From positions 5,129-69,128 of the forward strand of contig CAYRUB010000009.1 in assembly GCA_964427405.1 (NCBI GenBank): a stretch of DNA of 64,000 bases. The letters are read 5' to 3'. Every line of letters starts with the position of its first letter. The first letter of the stretch is position 1. This document shows positions 1 to 8,900 of the stretch, piece by piece. Both the position numbers and the translations under genes were made by a program. Under the pieces are notes generated by a model that saw nothing but the letters and a program-made list of their open reading frames with translations, searched no databases and had not been told where the DNA came from. Origin of the DNA: an uncultured Planctomycetales bacterium. GTDB taxonomy: Bacteria; Omnitrophota; Gorgyraeia; Gygaellales; Profunditerraquicolaceae.

Positions 1-81
1 TTGGGATAAAATGTCCGCGGCAGAAGGCGACGGTTTGCAGATTTTTAAGAACGGCGTTGACTACATTAAAAGGAGTTTTAA

Positions 82-1509
82 ATGAGTGGAATATTCGGGG
101 TAGTTTCTAAGAAGAATTGCGCGGATGATTTATTTTATGGCACAGACTATCATTCGCATTTAGGCACGCAGTTTGCCGGGCTGGCTGTTTACGGCAAAGA
201 ACTGACGCGTAAGATCCACGATATTAAAGGCAGCCAGTTTAAGGCCAAGTTCCATGAAGATTACCTTAAGATGCCCGGTGATAAAGGGGTAGGGGTAATC
301 AGCGCCCGTGATGAGCAGCCGATTGTGATGAATTCTAAGTTTGGGCCATTTGCTATAGTGACTAATGGTTATATTGATAACGCGGATAAATTAGCCAAAG
401 AGTTGTTTAAGAAAGGGCGATCATTTGCTGAAGTGGCTGAAGGTAAAATTAACTTTACCGAGCTTTGCGCTAAAATGATTATATCGTCCAAGAATATAAT
501 TGCGGGAGTAGAGGGATTTTTTGCCAAGATTCAGGGGTCTTGTTCGCTGCTTATATTGAACAAGGATGGAATTTATGCCTGCCGCGACAGATTGGGCCTG
601 ACTCCTTTGGTTATCGGTAAGAAGGGAAGCAACTGGGCGGTTTCCACAGAGTCATCCGCTTTTCTTAATTTAGGATACAAGCTGGTAAAATATCTTGAGC
701 CGGGTGAGATAGTTTTGATTACCCGCGATGGGCTAAAAATAAAGCGCAAAGGCGCTAAAACAAATCAGATATGTTCATTCCTCTGGATTTATACGGGATT
801 TCCTGCTTCCAGTTACGAAGGGATTAATGTTGAGACCTCGCGTGAAAGATGCGGTGCACTGCTTGCTAAGGATGATGATATTAAGGCGGATATTGTTGCC
901 GGTATTCCTGATTCCGGGACAGCACACGCTATTGGTTACAGCATGGAATCAAGAGTTCCTTTACGCCGTCCTTTGGTAAAATACACTCCGGGTTTTGACC
1001 GCAGTTATACTCCGGCGACCCAGGAGCGCAGGGATTTGGTGGCCAGGATGAAGCTTATTCCTATCCCGCAGATAATTAAAGGCAAACGTATTGTTTTCTG
1101 TGATGATTCCATTGTGCGCGGCACTCAGCTTAAGAATTACACCATCCAGAAATTAAAAAAACACGGGGCAAAGGAAATCCATTTGCGCATTGCCTGTCCT
1201 CCGTTGATGTTTCCCTGTAAGTTTAATTATTCTACCCGTAGTATAAATGAACTTGCCGCCCGGAGGGCAATTAAGGCGCTTGAAGGTAAAGAGCCAAAGA
1301 GTTTAACGCCATATTTGGATGAAAAATCAGCCAAGCATAAGAAGATGGTTAGTTGGATTAACAGGGATATAGGTTCAAGTACATTAAAATATCAGAAGCT
1401 TTGCGATATGATCAGCGCTATTGGTTTACCTAAGGAAAAACTTTGTTTATATTGCTGGACAGGAAAAGTGCCTAAAAACGGAGCAAAGAATGCTAATAAA
1501 AAAAGATAG
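82..1509 (+). CDS. Amidophosphoribosyltransferase-like paralog (class II glutamine amidotransferase N-domain plus PRPP-binding PRTase domain). Ser replaces the catalytic N-terminal Cys (MSGIFGV instead of MCGI...).
   Basis: AAGGAG RBS 7 nt upstream of the ATG. Overall PurF-like architecture. C-terminal PRPP motif IVFCDDSIVRGTQ. N-terminal nucleophile Cys is absent and the QHRGQ region is divergent. Confidence 0.6.
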   Translation: MSGIFGVVSKKNCADDLFYGTDYHSHLGTQFAGLAVYGKELTRKIHDIKGSQFKAKFHEDYLKMPGDKGVGVISARDEQPIVMNSKFGPFAIVTNGYIDNADKLAKELFKKGRSFAEVAEGKINFTELCAKMIISSKNIIAGVEGFFAKIQGSCSLLILNKDGIYACRDRLGLTPLVIGKKGSNWAVSTESSAFLNLGYKLVKYLEPGEIVLITRDGLKIKRKGAKTNQICSFLWIYTGFPASSYEGINVETSRERCGALLAKDDDIKADIVAGIPDSGTAHAIGYSMESRVPLRRPLVKYTPGFDRSYTPATQERRDLVARMKLIPIPQIIKGKRIVFCDDSIVRGTQLKNYTIQKLKKHGAKEIHLRIACPPLMFPCKFNYSTRSINELAARRAIKALEGKEPKSLTPYLDEKSAKHKKMVSWINRDIGSSTLKYQKLCDMISAIGLPKEKLCLYCWTGKVPKNGAKNANKKR

Positions 1510-2938
1510 CTTTGAGCCAAAAGAGTATTGCGGGTTATTCGGGATAGCAGGTAACAGGCAGGCAGTGTGGCTTACTTATCTAGGGCTTTTTGCTCAGCAG
1601 CACCGGGGACAAGAGGCTTGCGGTATTGTAGCTAATAACCAGGGCTTGCTTTCTATTCATAAGGACATGGGTTTAGTCAGCGATGTATTTAGCGAGCAGG
1701 TGCTTAGCCGGTTGAAGGGAAATATGGCGGTCGGCCATGTGCGCTATTCCACTACCGGCTCAAGCGTATTAAAAAATTCCCAGCCGCTTTTAATTGATTA
1801 CGCCAATGGTTCGATTTGTATCGCGCACAATGGTAACCTGGTAAATTCATTTGACCTGCGTCAGAAGCTGGAGAAGAGCGGTTCGATTTTTCAGACTACT
1901 ACGGATTCAGAGTTGGTTATTCATCTTATGGCGGCGAGTAATAAGCGTAGTTTGGAGGATAGCCTGGTTTATGCTTTAAAAAGAATTAAGGGCGCCTATT
2001 CCTTAGTTTTAATGAATAGTAATTATTTAATCGGAATAAGGGACCCGCATGGTTTCCGGCCGTTGGTTTTAGGAAAACTAGGGTCTTCATACTGTTTGGC
2101 TTCAGAGACCTGCGCTTTTGATTTAATCGGCGCCAAATTCGTGCGCGAAATTGAGCCCGGTGAAATCGTGTTGATTAATAATCAGGGCGTCCTAAAATCA
2201 ATTAAACCGAAAGAATTAGTTGCCGGTCATTATGCATTCTGTACTTTTGAGCATGTTTATTTTTCTCGTCCGGATTCCAATGTTTTCGGCGAGACTGTGC
2301 ATACGGTACGGCGCAAGCTAGGCGCGCAATTAGCCAAAGAGCATCCGGTAGAAGCGGATTATGTGGTTCCGGTTCCGGATTCAGGATACTCCGCTGCCCT
2401 TGGGTATTCGCAGGAATCGGGGATTGTTTTAGAGATGGGGATTATCCGCAACCATTATGTCGGCAGGACATTTATCCAGCCGGCGCAGGATTCCCGTGAT
2501 ATGGGGGTGCGCGTAAAGTTCAATATTTTAAAAGATATCTTAAAAGGCAAACGTATTGTTATAGTTGATGATTCCATTGTGCGCGGCACAACTTCAAAAA
2601 TCCGCGTGCGTAATTTGCGTAAGGCAGGGGTAAAAGAGGTGCATTTAAGGATTTCATGCCCGGCGCACCGCTTCCCGTGTTTTTACGGAATTGATTTTCA
2701 TCGTGCAAGCGAGTTGATCGCCAATAAATATGATAATTTAGAGAAGATCAGTAAATATCTTGAAGTAGACAGCCTGGGTTATTTAAGCCTGGAGGGAATG
2801 TTGAGTTGTTTTAAACATCCTAAGAATAATTATTGCACTTCCTGCTGGACGGGGAAATATCCGGTAAGGGCGGAAAAGAGACAAAGCAAATTTTCTTTGG
2901 AGAGAAGTTGTTGCGGTCAAGGGGAGTTGCAAGTATAA
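1490..2938 (+). CDS. purF: Amidophosphoribosyltransferase PurF
   Basis: N-terminus MLIKKDSFEPKEYCGLFGIAG carries the canonical CG(L/I)FG nucleophile. QHRGQEACGI, the PRTase motif VIVDDSIVRGTT and the C-terminal Cys residues are present. The six-frame ORF starts at 1421, but the in-frame ATG at 1490 fits a propeptide of normal length. Confidence 0.85.
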   Translation: MLIKKDSFEPKEYCGLFGIAGNRQAVWLTYLGLFAQQHRGQEACGIVANNQGLLSIHKDMGLVSDVFSEQVLSRLKGNMAVGHVRYSTTGSSVLKNSQPLLIDYANGSICIAHNGNLVNSFDLRQKLEKSGSIFQTTTDSELVIHLMAASNKRSLEDSLVYALKRIKGAYSLVLMNSNYLIGIRDPHGFRPLVLGKLGSSYCLASETCAFDLIGAKFVREIEPGEIVLINNQGVLKSIKPKELVAGHYAFCTFEHVYFSRPDSNVFGETVHTVRRKLGAQLAKEHPVEADYVVPVPDSGYSAALGYSQESGIVLEMGIIRNHYVGRTFIQPAQDSRDMGVRVKFNILKDILKGKRIVIVDDSIVRGTTSKIRVRNLRKAGVKEVHLRISCPAHRFPCFYGIDFHRASELIANKYDNLEKISKYLEVDSLGYLSLEGMLSCFKHPKNNYCTSCWTGKYPVRAEKRQSKFSLERSCCGQGELQV

Positions 2939-2950
2939 AATAGATATTTA

Positions 2951-3025
2951 GGGTTTTACGGATCCTGTCGAGCCTTGTTTTCGCCGCACACCGCGGCTCA
3001 AATCAAGTCTCGCCACCCGTAAAAC
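2951..3025. repeat. Inverted pair of the short intergenic motif family (CAAGRCTCGMCAGGAYCCGYTAAAAC). A - orientation copy at about 2951-2978 and a + orientation copy at about 3004-3025 together form a long imperfect palindrome between purF and purM.
   Basis: The reverse complement of tttacggatcctgtcgagccttg matches the motif, and caagtctcgccacccgtaaaac matches it in forward orientation. Compare the copies at 5503, 6770, 14469, 26650 and 33429. Confidence 0.45.
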
Positions 3026-3054
3026 TAATTAAGCATTTTATACAAAGGAGATAA

Positions 3055-4062
3055 GTGGTGAGAAAAATTACTTATAAAGATTCCGGGGTGGATATAAAGA
3101 GCGCAAGCATCTTTAAATCAAAAATAAAAACTTTGGTCAGAAAATCTTTCCGTAAAGAGGTGCTTACGGATATCGGAGGTTTTGGCAGCTTCTTTAAATT
3201 AGAAAAAAATAAATATAAGTATCCAGTGTTGGTTTCATCAAGCGATGGGGTAGGGACAAAACTGGTAATCGCAAAGTTGGCTAATAAACATGACACCGTA
3301 GGAATTGATGCGGTGGCGATGAATGTTAATGACATACTTTGTACAGGCGCCCAGCCGCTTTTTTTCTTAGATTATGTGGCTTTCAGTAAAGTTAAGGAAG
3401 ATATCTTGGTGGATGTAGTCAGCGGAATAAATAAGGGTTGCATAGAAAGCGGATGTTCGCTTATCGGCGGAGAGACCGCGCAGATGCCCGGAATGTATAA
3501 AGAAGGCGAATACGATATCGCAGGTTTTTGCGTGGGAGTGGTGGAGAAAGAAAAAATAATTAACGGCGATATGATTAAGGCTGGGGATAAAATAATCGGT
3601 ATTGCCTCAAGCGGCCTGCATTCTAACGGTTATTCTCTGGTGAGAAAAGTTTTAGGAGCTGTAGAGTTAAAAAGAATGAGCGCAGAGCTGCTTAAGCCCA
3701 CGCGCATTTATGTTAAGCCTGTCTTAGAGTTATTGCTTCGGTATGGCCAGTCAGTCCACGGGATAAGCCATATTACGGGTGGTGCTTTTTACGATAAGAT
3801 CAGCCGCATATTACCGAAAGATATTAACGCGCTTATTAATAAGAACTCCTGGGCCGTGCCTGAAATCTTCCGGCTCATCCAGAATAAGGGTAATGTTGAA
3901 GATAGAGAGATGTACCACACCTTAAATATGGGTATTGGTATGGTTTTAGTTGTCGAGGCGCAAGCAGCTGCGGCAATAATTAAGAAGTTAGCTGAATTAA
4001 ATTTAAAGTCCTGGGTTATTGGCCAGGCTGTAAAAGGAAATAAGTCTGTTAAGATAGCTTAA
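3055..4062 (+). CDS. purM: Phosphoribosylformylglycinamidine cyclo-ligase (AIR synthase) PurM
   Basis: GVGTKL and DAVAMNVNDILCTGAQPLFFLDY motifs. GTG start with a GGAG RBS. Confidence 0.85.
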   Translation: MVRKITYKDSGVDIKSASIFKSKIKTLVRKSFRKEVLTDIGGFGSFFKLEKNKYKYPVLVSSSDGVGTKLVIAKLANKHDTVGIDAVAMNVNDILCTGAQPLFFLDYVAFSKVKEDILVDVVSGINKGCIESGCSLIGGETAQMPGMYKEGEYDIAGFCVGVVEKEKIINGDMIKAGDKIIGIASSGLHSNGYSLVRKVLGAVELKRMSAELLKPTRIYVKPVLELLLRYGQSVHGISHITGGAFYDKISRILPKDINALINKNSWAVPEIFRLIQNKGNVEDREMYHTLNMGIGMVLVVEAQAAAAIIKKLAELNLKSWVIGQAVKGNKSVKIA

Positions 4063-4074
4063 AAGGAGGTAGAA

Positions 4075-4947
4075 ATGGGTTTAATGGGAATGATTATAAT
4101 TGCAGTAGTAGCAATTTTCTTCATGGGTATCAGGATTGTGCGTCCTACGCACAGGGGTTTAATCGAACGGTTGGGTAAATATAATCGTTTTGCTAATCTT
4201 GGATTTAACTGGATAATTCCGATAGTTGAAGTTCTCTACCAGATCAATATAACCGAACAGATGGTAGATGCTGAGCCTCAAGAGATTATTACTAACGATA
4301 ACTTAAATGCTAAGGTAGATGCTCAGGTTTATTTTAAAGTTAAAGCGGATGAGCTGAATGTTAAGAATTGTCAGTATAGCGTGAATAATTATCAATGGCA
4401 GATTGTAAACTTAGCACGTACTACTTTAAGAAATATCATCGGTACGCTTACTTTAAAATCTTGTAATAGTGAAAGAGGCAAGATCAACGCGGAATTACAT
4501 AAGACACTTTGTGAGGAAACCGGAAGTTGGGGATTAGAGATTGTGAGGACAGAGTTAAAAGAAATTGATCCGCCTAAAGATGTTCAGGAAACCATGAATA
4601 AAGTAGTAAAGGCTGAGAATGAAAAGATTTCTGCGATAGATTATGCGACAGCTACTGAAACTGTCGCTGATGGTCAAAAGCGCGCCGAAATTAAAAAAGC
4701 CGAAGGTATCAAACAGGCTAGAATTCTTCAGGCTGAAGGTGAAGCAGAGGCGATAAAATTAGTTAATGAAGCAGCTGAAAGATATTTTACCGGTAATGCG
4801 CAGGTATTGCGTAAGTTAGAAGCAGTGGAGAAGTCATTAGCGAATAACGCTAAGATTGTAGTTCCGGCAAATACAGAGCTGGTGAATGTGATTGGGGAAA
4901 TGGCTGGCTTTTTACCGATAAAGAACAAAGAAGAAAAGAAATCATAG
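4075..4947 (+). CDS. SPFH/band-7 (stomatin/HflK/C-like) membrane protein
   Basis: N-terminal TM helix, an SPFH core and a C-terminal coiled-coil rich in AEGEAEA. AGGAGG RBS. Confidence 0.8.
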   Translation: MGLMGMIIIAVVAIFFMGIRIVRPTHRGLIERLGKYNRFANLGFNWIIPIVEVLYQINITEQMVDAEPQEIITNDNLNAKVDAQVYFKVKADELNVKNCQYSVNNYQWQIVNLARTTLRNIIGTLTLKSCNSERGKINAELHKTLCEETGSWGLEIVRTELKEIDPPKDVQETMNKVVKAENEKISAIDYATATETVADGQKRAEIKKAEGIKQARILQAEGEAEAIKLVNEAAERYFTGNAQVLRKLEAVEKSLANNAKIVVPANTELVNVIGEMAGFLPIKNKEEKKS

Positions 4948-4958
4948 AGTTATTGCGA

Positions 4959-4975
4959 GGCTGCCGTAGGCAGCC
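4959..4975 (+). terminator. GC hairpin (ggctgcc-gtag-ggcagcc) just after the SPFH gene. A second small hairpin (tttgccttcggcaaa) follows at about 5000-5015.
   Basis: Perfect 7-bp stem with a tetraloop, seen directly. No clean U-tract follows, so intrinsic-terminator status is uncertain. Confidence 0.3.
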
Positions 4976-5068
4976 GAAGCAATCTCATATTTGACATTTT
5001 GCCTTCGGCAAAACCACAAAATATTTCTTAGGTGAGTATACCCATTTTTAGCAAGAAAGGATAATAAA

Positions 5069-5464
5069 ATGGAAATGATAAAACTTGCTGGGCTATTAGT
5101 AGGTATTTTAGTATCAATGGGTATAGGTGGCTTGGTAGTAAAATGTCTTAACCGTAGATTAAGGTGCTATATTGGTATTCTAGAAGCAACAAGTAAATTA
5201 ACTCCAACAATGGGGTATCTCGAAAGAGGTATTTATACATGGTTATTTTATTCTGATAATTGTAAATATATCTTTGGATTATTTGCATTATTAGCAGCTC
5301 AAAAACTATTGTCAATTCAAAAAATAGAAGCTGAATCAGAAGAAAATAGGCTTGCATTATATAAAGAAAACATTGAAAGAACTAATGTCTATTTTATTTC
5401 TAGTTTTGTTTCCTTGCTTTTTGGAGTTTTCGGGGGTTGGATTATTAGGTATTTTTTAAAATAA
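5069..5464 (+). CDS. Hypothetical small membrane protein (about 3 TM helices) in a very AT-rich islet
   Basis: ORF with hydrophobic helices. GGATAA-type RBS. Codon usage is visibly AT-richer than the flanking pur genes. Confidence 0.5.
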   Translation: MEMIKLAGLLVGILVSMGIGGLVVKCLNRRLRCYIGILEATSKLTPTMGYLERGIYTWLFYSDNCKYIFGLFALLAAQKLLSIQKIEAESEENRLALYKENIERTNVYFISSFVSLLFGVFGGWIIRYFLK

Positions 5465-5502
5465 GTTTAGGGAAATGTAGGCAGGAATATCGGGCGGTGA
5501 TA

Positions 5503-5540
5503 CGAGAGGCAAGCCTCGACAGATCATGATAGATATAAGA
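5503..5540 (+). repeat. Copy of the short intergenic motif (cgagaggcaagcctcgacagatcatgatagatataag), 25 nt upstream of fic
   Basis: Aligns with the copies at 6770-6810 and 33429-33473. Confidence 0.4.
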
Positions 5541-5564
5541 AAAGGTCATTTTTGGAGATATTGA

Positions 5565-6656
5565 ATGAAGAAACCTTATGTGCCGCAACCATTGCCGCTA
5601 GAGTCATTAGATTGGGTACGTTTTGTGTCGTTAATTGGTCAGGCGAATGCTGAATTGGCGCGGTATGATGGTATCCTCCAGAGCATAGTCAACCCGAAAG
5701 TATTGTTATCGCCTCTCACTACAAATGAAGCGGTTATTTCTTCGAAGATTGAAGGCACTCAGGCTTCACTGGAGGAAGTCCTTGCTTATGAAGTGTCACC
5801 AGATATTAAAAATGAGAAATATCATGATATTCAGGAGATTATCAATTATCGGGATGCTCTGAATTATGCAACAAAACAGCTTGCCAGTAAGCCGACCACA
5901 CTTAATCTTATTAAAGAAATTCATGCTATGTTGCTTAATAGTGTTCGCGGCAAAGATAAAGCGCGCGGTGATTTCAGGAAGAGCCAGAATTATATCGGCA
6001 AGTTTGGTTCGAAAATTGAAGATGCTGCATATATTCCTCCTGAACCAAATACTCTTATGGATCATTTGTCAAACTTTGAGAAATATATTCACTTCGAAGA
6101 AAAAGATCCACTTGTGCAATTAGCTATTGTTCATGCCCAATTTGAAATAATCCATCCGTTCCTTGATGGTAATGGCCGGGTAGGGCGTATATTAATCCCG
6201 CTATTCTTATTCGAAAAACAGGTACTCAATCTACCGATGTTTTATATCAGTGAGTATCTGGAGAAAAACCGTGAAGAATATTATGTTCGTCTACGCTCTA
6301 TTACTGACGAGAAACAATGGGATGAATGGATTGTATTTTTCTTGAAAGCCGTACTTGAACAAGCAAAAGTAAATAGTTCTAAGGCAAGGGCGGTACTAGA
6401 TCTTTATGAGATAAAAAAACAACGAGTTGTTGAAGCAACCCATTCCGAATACTCAATAAAAACCTTAGATACTTTGTTTAAGAAACCTATCTTCAACACT
6501 TCCAGTTTTGTTAAGATGTCGGGGATACCTTTGGCAACTGCTAAAAGGATATTAACACGATTAAAGGACAGGAAGATAATTTCATCTTTAGAGCAAGGCG
6601 GTGGAAGCAAGGGTGGAGTATTTATATTTGACAAATTGATACAGATAGCCTCATGA
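5565..6656 (+). CDS. Fic family protein (AMPylase/adenylyltransferase fold), class II with an N-terminal inhibitory helix
   Basis: Core Fic motif HPFLDGNGRVGR (HxFx(D/E)GNGRxxR). An upstream SSKIEG matches the (S/T)xxxE(G/N) auto-inhibition motif. C-terminal wHTH-like tail. AT-rich gene. Confidence 0.85.
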   Translation: MKKPYVPQPLPLESLDWVRFVSLIGQANAELARYDGILQSIVNPKVLLSPLTTNEAVISSKIEGTQASLEEVLAYEVSPDIKNEKYHDIQEIINYRDALNYATKQLASKPTTLNLIKEIHAMLLNSVRGKDKARGDFRKSQNYIGKFGSKIEDAAYIPPEPNTLMDHLSNFEKYIHFEEKDPLVQLAIVHAQFEIIHPFLDGNGRVGRILIPLFLFEKQVLNLPMFYISEYLEKNREEYYVRLRSITDEKQWDEWIVFFLKAVLEQAKVNSSKARAVLDLYEIKKQRVVEATHSEYSIKTLDTLFKKPIFNTSSFVKMSGIPLATAKRILTRLKDRKIISSLEQGGGSKGGVFIFDKLIQIAS

Positions 6657-6739
6657 TTTGCGGCTCATATATGAGCTGTAATTCTATTTGTGGCTCATTT
6701 ATTGTATTATATGGGCTACAAATACTATTTGTGGCTCAT
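6656..6739. promoter_or_regulatory. Operator-like array of 13-bp half-sites ATTTG(Y)GGCTCAT. Site 1 at 6656-6668 is fused to the perfect palindrome gctcatatatgagc (6663-6676). A direct copy lies at 6686-6698, an inverted copy (atgggctacaaat) at 6711-6723, and another direct copy at 6727-6739.
   Basis: Repeats read directly from the sequence. They sit between the fic stop and the downstream lipoprotein gene. Confidence 0.5.
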
Positions 6740-6769
6740 TGGTAAGCTATAAAGAATATTACGTTGCTG

Positions 6770-6810
6770 CGAGAGGCAAGATTCGCCAGGACCCGTGTAA
6801 AGATAGAGAT
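6770..6810 (+). repeat. Copy of the short intergenic motif (cgagaggcaagattcgccaggacccgtgtaaagatagagat)
   Basis: Aligns with 5503-5540 and 33429-33473. Together with the 5503 copy it brackets the fic gene. Confidence 0.4.
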
Positions 6811-6842
6811 GTCTTTAATTAACTTAATAAAAGGAGGATAGC

Positions 6843-7034
6843 ATGAAGAAATTAGCTTTATTGGCATTGGTTGCTTTATTCTGTGTTGGTTGCTCTACCG
6901 TTACTCAATATCATAAAAAGGTAACAGTAGAAAAAGGTCAAGATGGAAAGGTTGTTAAAACAGTAGTGGAAGAAGAAATTACGCAGCCTTATCTTCAGAA
7001 AGAAGCTGCGGATTATAAATATATGCAGGAGTAG
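6843..7034 (+). CDS. Small lipoprotein (signal peptide with lipobox LFCVGC)
   Basis: AAGGAGG RBS. N-terminal hydrophobic stretch followed by VGC. Confidence 0.5.
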   Translation: MKKLALLALVALFCVGCSTVTQYHKKVTVEKGQDGKVVKTVVEEEITQPYLQKEAADYKYMQE

Positions 7035-7045
7035 ATTGTTAATAA

Positions 7046-7366
7046 ATGATGAATATTATTGAAGAAGCAGGTAATCTGGTTAGTTTGGTAGATTATCAGG
7101 ATGGTTCTGTTGTCAGTAAGGAGATTATTAAGAAAGAGAAAGGCACAGTAACGCTTTTTGCTTTTGATAAAGGCCAGGGTTTAAGTGAGCATACTGCGCC
7201 GTTCGATGCTTTAGTTTATATTCTGGATGGCCAGGCAGAGATTTATATCGCGGGCAAGGCGCACTTACTGAAAACAGGCCAGGCCATTATTATGTCGGCA
7301 AATAAGCCGCATGCTTTAAAGGCTATAGAGCGCTTCAAAATGCTTTTAGTAATGATAAAGGTTTAA
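7046..7366 (+). CDS. Cupin-domain protein
   Basis: About 106 aa with a cupin-2-like beta-barrel signature (G-x-HTAP...). Confidence 0.55.
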   Translation: MMNIIEEAGNLVSLVDYQDGSVVSKEIIKKEKGTVTLFAFDKGQGLSEHTAPFDALVYILDGQAEIYIAGKAHLLKTGQAIIMSANKPHALKAIERFKMLLVMIKV

Positions 7367-7369
7367 AAA

Positions 7370-8059
7370 ATGTTGAAGAAAATTATATGTATTATAGCGT
7401 TGGTTTTTATTCCATTAGCGTCTTGGGCTGCGGAGCTTTGGGAAAAGAAAGATAATTTTTATTTTCTTGCCAAGAATAGGGATAATTTTGCATTAGAGGG
7501 CGCGGGACCGAATGAGTTTTCCAGCAAATATTTGAAATATAACGGAGTTGATTTTCTGGTAAGAGGGGCGAGTGACTGGAAAGATTATGGAAGGCTCGAC
7601 CTTGAGAAAAATAATATGTTTTCTTTGCCCATAAGGCAGGGGATGAAGATAGATGAGATACATTTCTTAGCCGGCGGAAATTACAGTAACAGCTATGAGC
7701 ATGATGGGTTGATGCGTTTATTCGGGGATAAATATTTTTACGCTACGCTTAGCGTTATTTTTGTTTATCAGGATGATGTCTACCGGGAACTTACTGTGCC
7801 GGTTTTCTGGGATTGGTTTAGTATCGGTATTGGCACATGGTCTAAGAATGGGGCAACCATTAAATCCTTAGGCGAGAATCCCGTGCGCGAAAAATGCAGC
7901 ATATTCCATATCAGCTTTGCCAATCCCCGTCCGGAACAACCTGTAAGAAATATCCTGGTTACGGATAGTTGGATAGATGACCGGCCTTTTTCAGATGTTT
8001 TCGCGGTTACTCTTAAATCTTCTGATGCGCTGGATGCGATAGCAAGGGAGGATAAGTAA
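7370..8059 (+). CDS. Hypothetical exported protein
   Basis: N-terminal signal peptide (ALVFIPLASWAAE). No recognisable domain. Confidence 0.45.
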   Translation: MLKKIICIIALVFIPLASWAAELWEKKDNFYFLAKNRDNFALEGAGPNEFSSKYLKYNGVDFLVRGASDWKDYGRLDLEKNNMFSLPIRQGMKIDEIHFLAGGNYSNSYEHDGLMRLFGDKYFYATLSVIFVYQDDVYRELTVPVFWDWFSIGIGTWSKNGATIKSLGENPVREKCSIFHISFANPRPEQPVRNILVTDSWIDDRPFSDVFAVTLKSSDALDAIAREDK

Positions 8060-8857
8060 ATGCTAAAGATTGTATGCTTACTATTCTTTCCTTTATTGCT
8101 GACTGGTATGGTTTATGCGCAAACGTTAGAAGACATAGAGGGGCATTTCCAAAAGGGGCTGCAATATTCCCAAGGCGGCATGAATGATGAGGCAATAAAA
8201 GAATTTAATGAAGTAGTTGCAGCGGACCCGGTTAATTTTCCTAAAGATTATTATGTGCAGACATATGCAGAGGCATTCTTTGATATAGGGATGCTATATG
8301 GTAAAAATGGCGATAATCAAAGGGCTGCCGAAAACTTCAAGAAGTCCCTGGAAATAATGCCGGATCACAAAAGGGCTTTGTATTATTTGTCCTATGTTTT
8401 CTTGAATCTTGGCGAGGTTGCTAAAGCGAAATCTTTCTATGAGCGCGCCAAGCTATTGGGATTTACTGGAGATGATCCTCAAAACGGCGATATGGTTGGA
8501 ACTTATTTTAATTCTGTCAAAAAACGCACGCTTACTATTCAATACCCGTTATTCTTTGAATCAGGCAAATCTATACCGGTTATCATCGAAGGTAATTTGG
8601 GCGGAGATGAAGAGTTAGTCCGGGATACCTTAACCGCTATAGAGAAGTATTCGAAGGTTGTCAATTTTTCTGGTTCCTTCCAGAAGATTTTAGTTGAAAC
8701 TGTGCGTGTTAAAGAAAATAATACCATAATTGTTGAAAAGTGGACTGTTGGAGATAGCGGTAGCCAAAAGGATTTCTGGGTTAGATATAATTTTGCTCCA
8801 CCTAAAGATTTCCCCTATAAGGTTATGGTTAATGTTTCAGAAAAAGACTATGAATAA
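8060..8857 (+). CDS. Exported TPR-repeat protein
   Basis: Signal peptide, then TPR-like repeats (AIKEFNEVV..., AAENFKKSLEIMPDH..., AKSFYERAK). Confidence 0.55.
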   Translation: MLKIVCLLFFPLLLTGMVYAQTLEDIEGHFQKGLQYSQGGMNDEAIKEFNEVVAADPVNFPKDYYVQTYAEAFFDIGMLYGKNGDNQRAAENFKKSLEIMPDHKRALYYLSYVFLNLGEVAKAKSFYERAKLLGFTGDDPQNGDMVGTYFNSVKKRTLTIQYPLFFESGKSIPVIIEGNLGGDEELVRDTLTAIEKYSKVVNFSGSFQKILVETVRVKENNTIIVEKWTVGDSGSQKDFWVRYNFAPPKDFPYKVMVNVSEKDYE

Positions 8858-8900
8858 AGCAGGCGGTTATATTTTAGCAGGCGGGAGGGTTCAGGAATAA

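Noticed and set aside
1-81. ZTP or purine riboswitch upstream of the pur genes or glyA
   Set aside because: The leaders at 1-81, 8858-8900 and 10173-10232 are short and lack the conserved pfl or purine-box motifs.
1421-1489. Upstream extension of purF to the ORF start at 1421
   Set aside because: The in-frame ATG at 1490 gives the normal short propeptide before the catalytic Cys. The extension would overlap the upstream gene by 89 nt.
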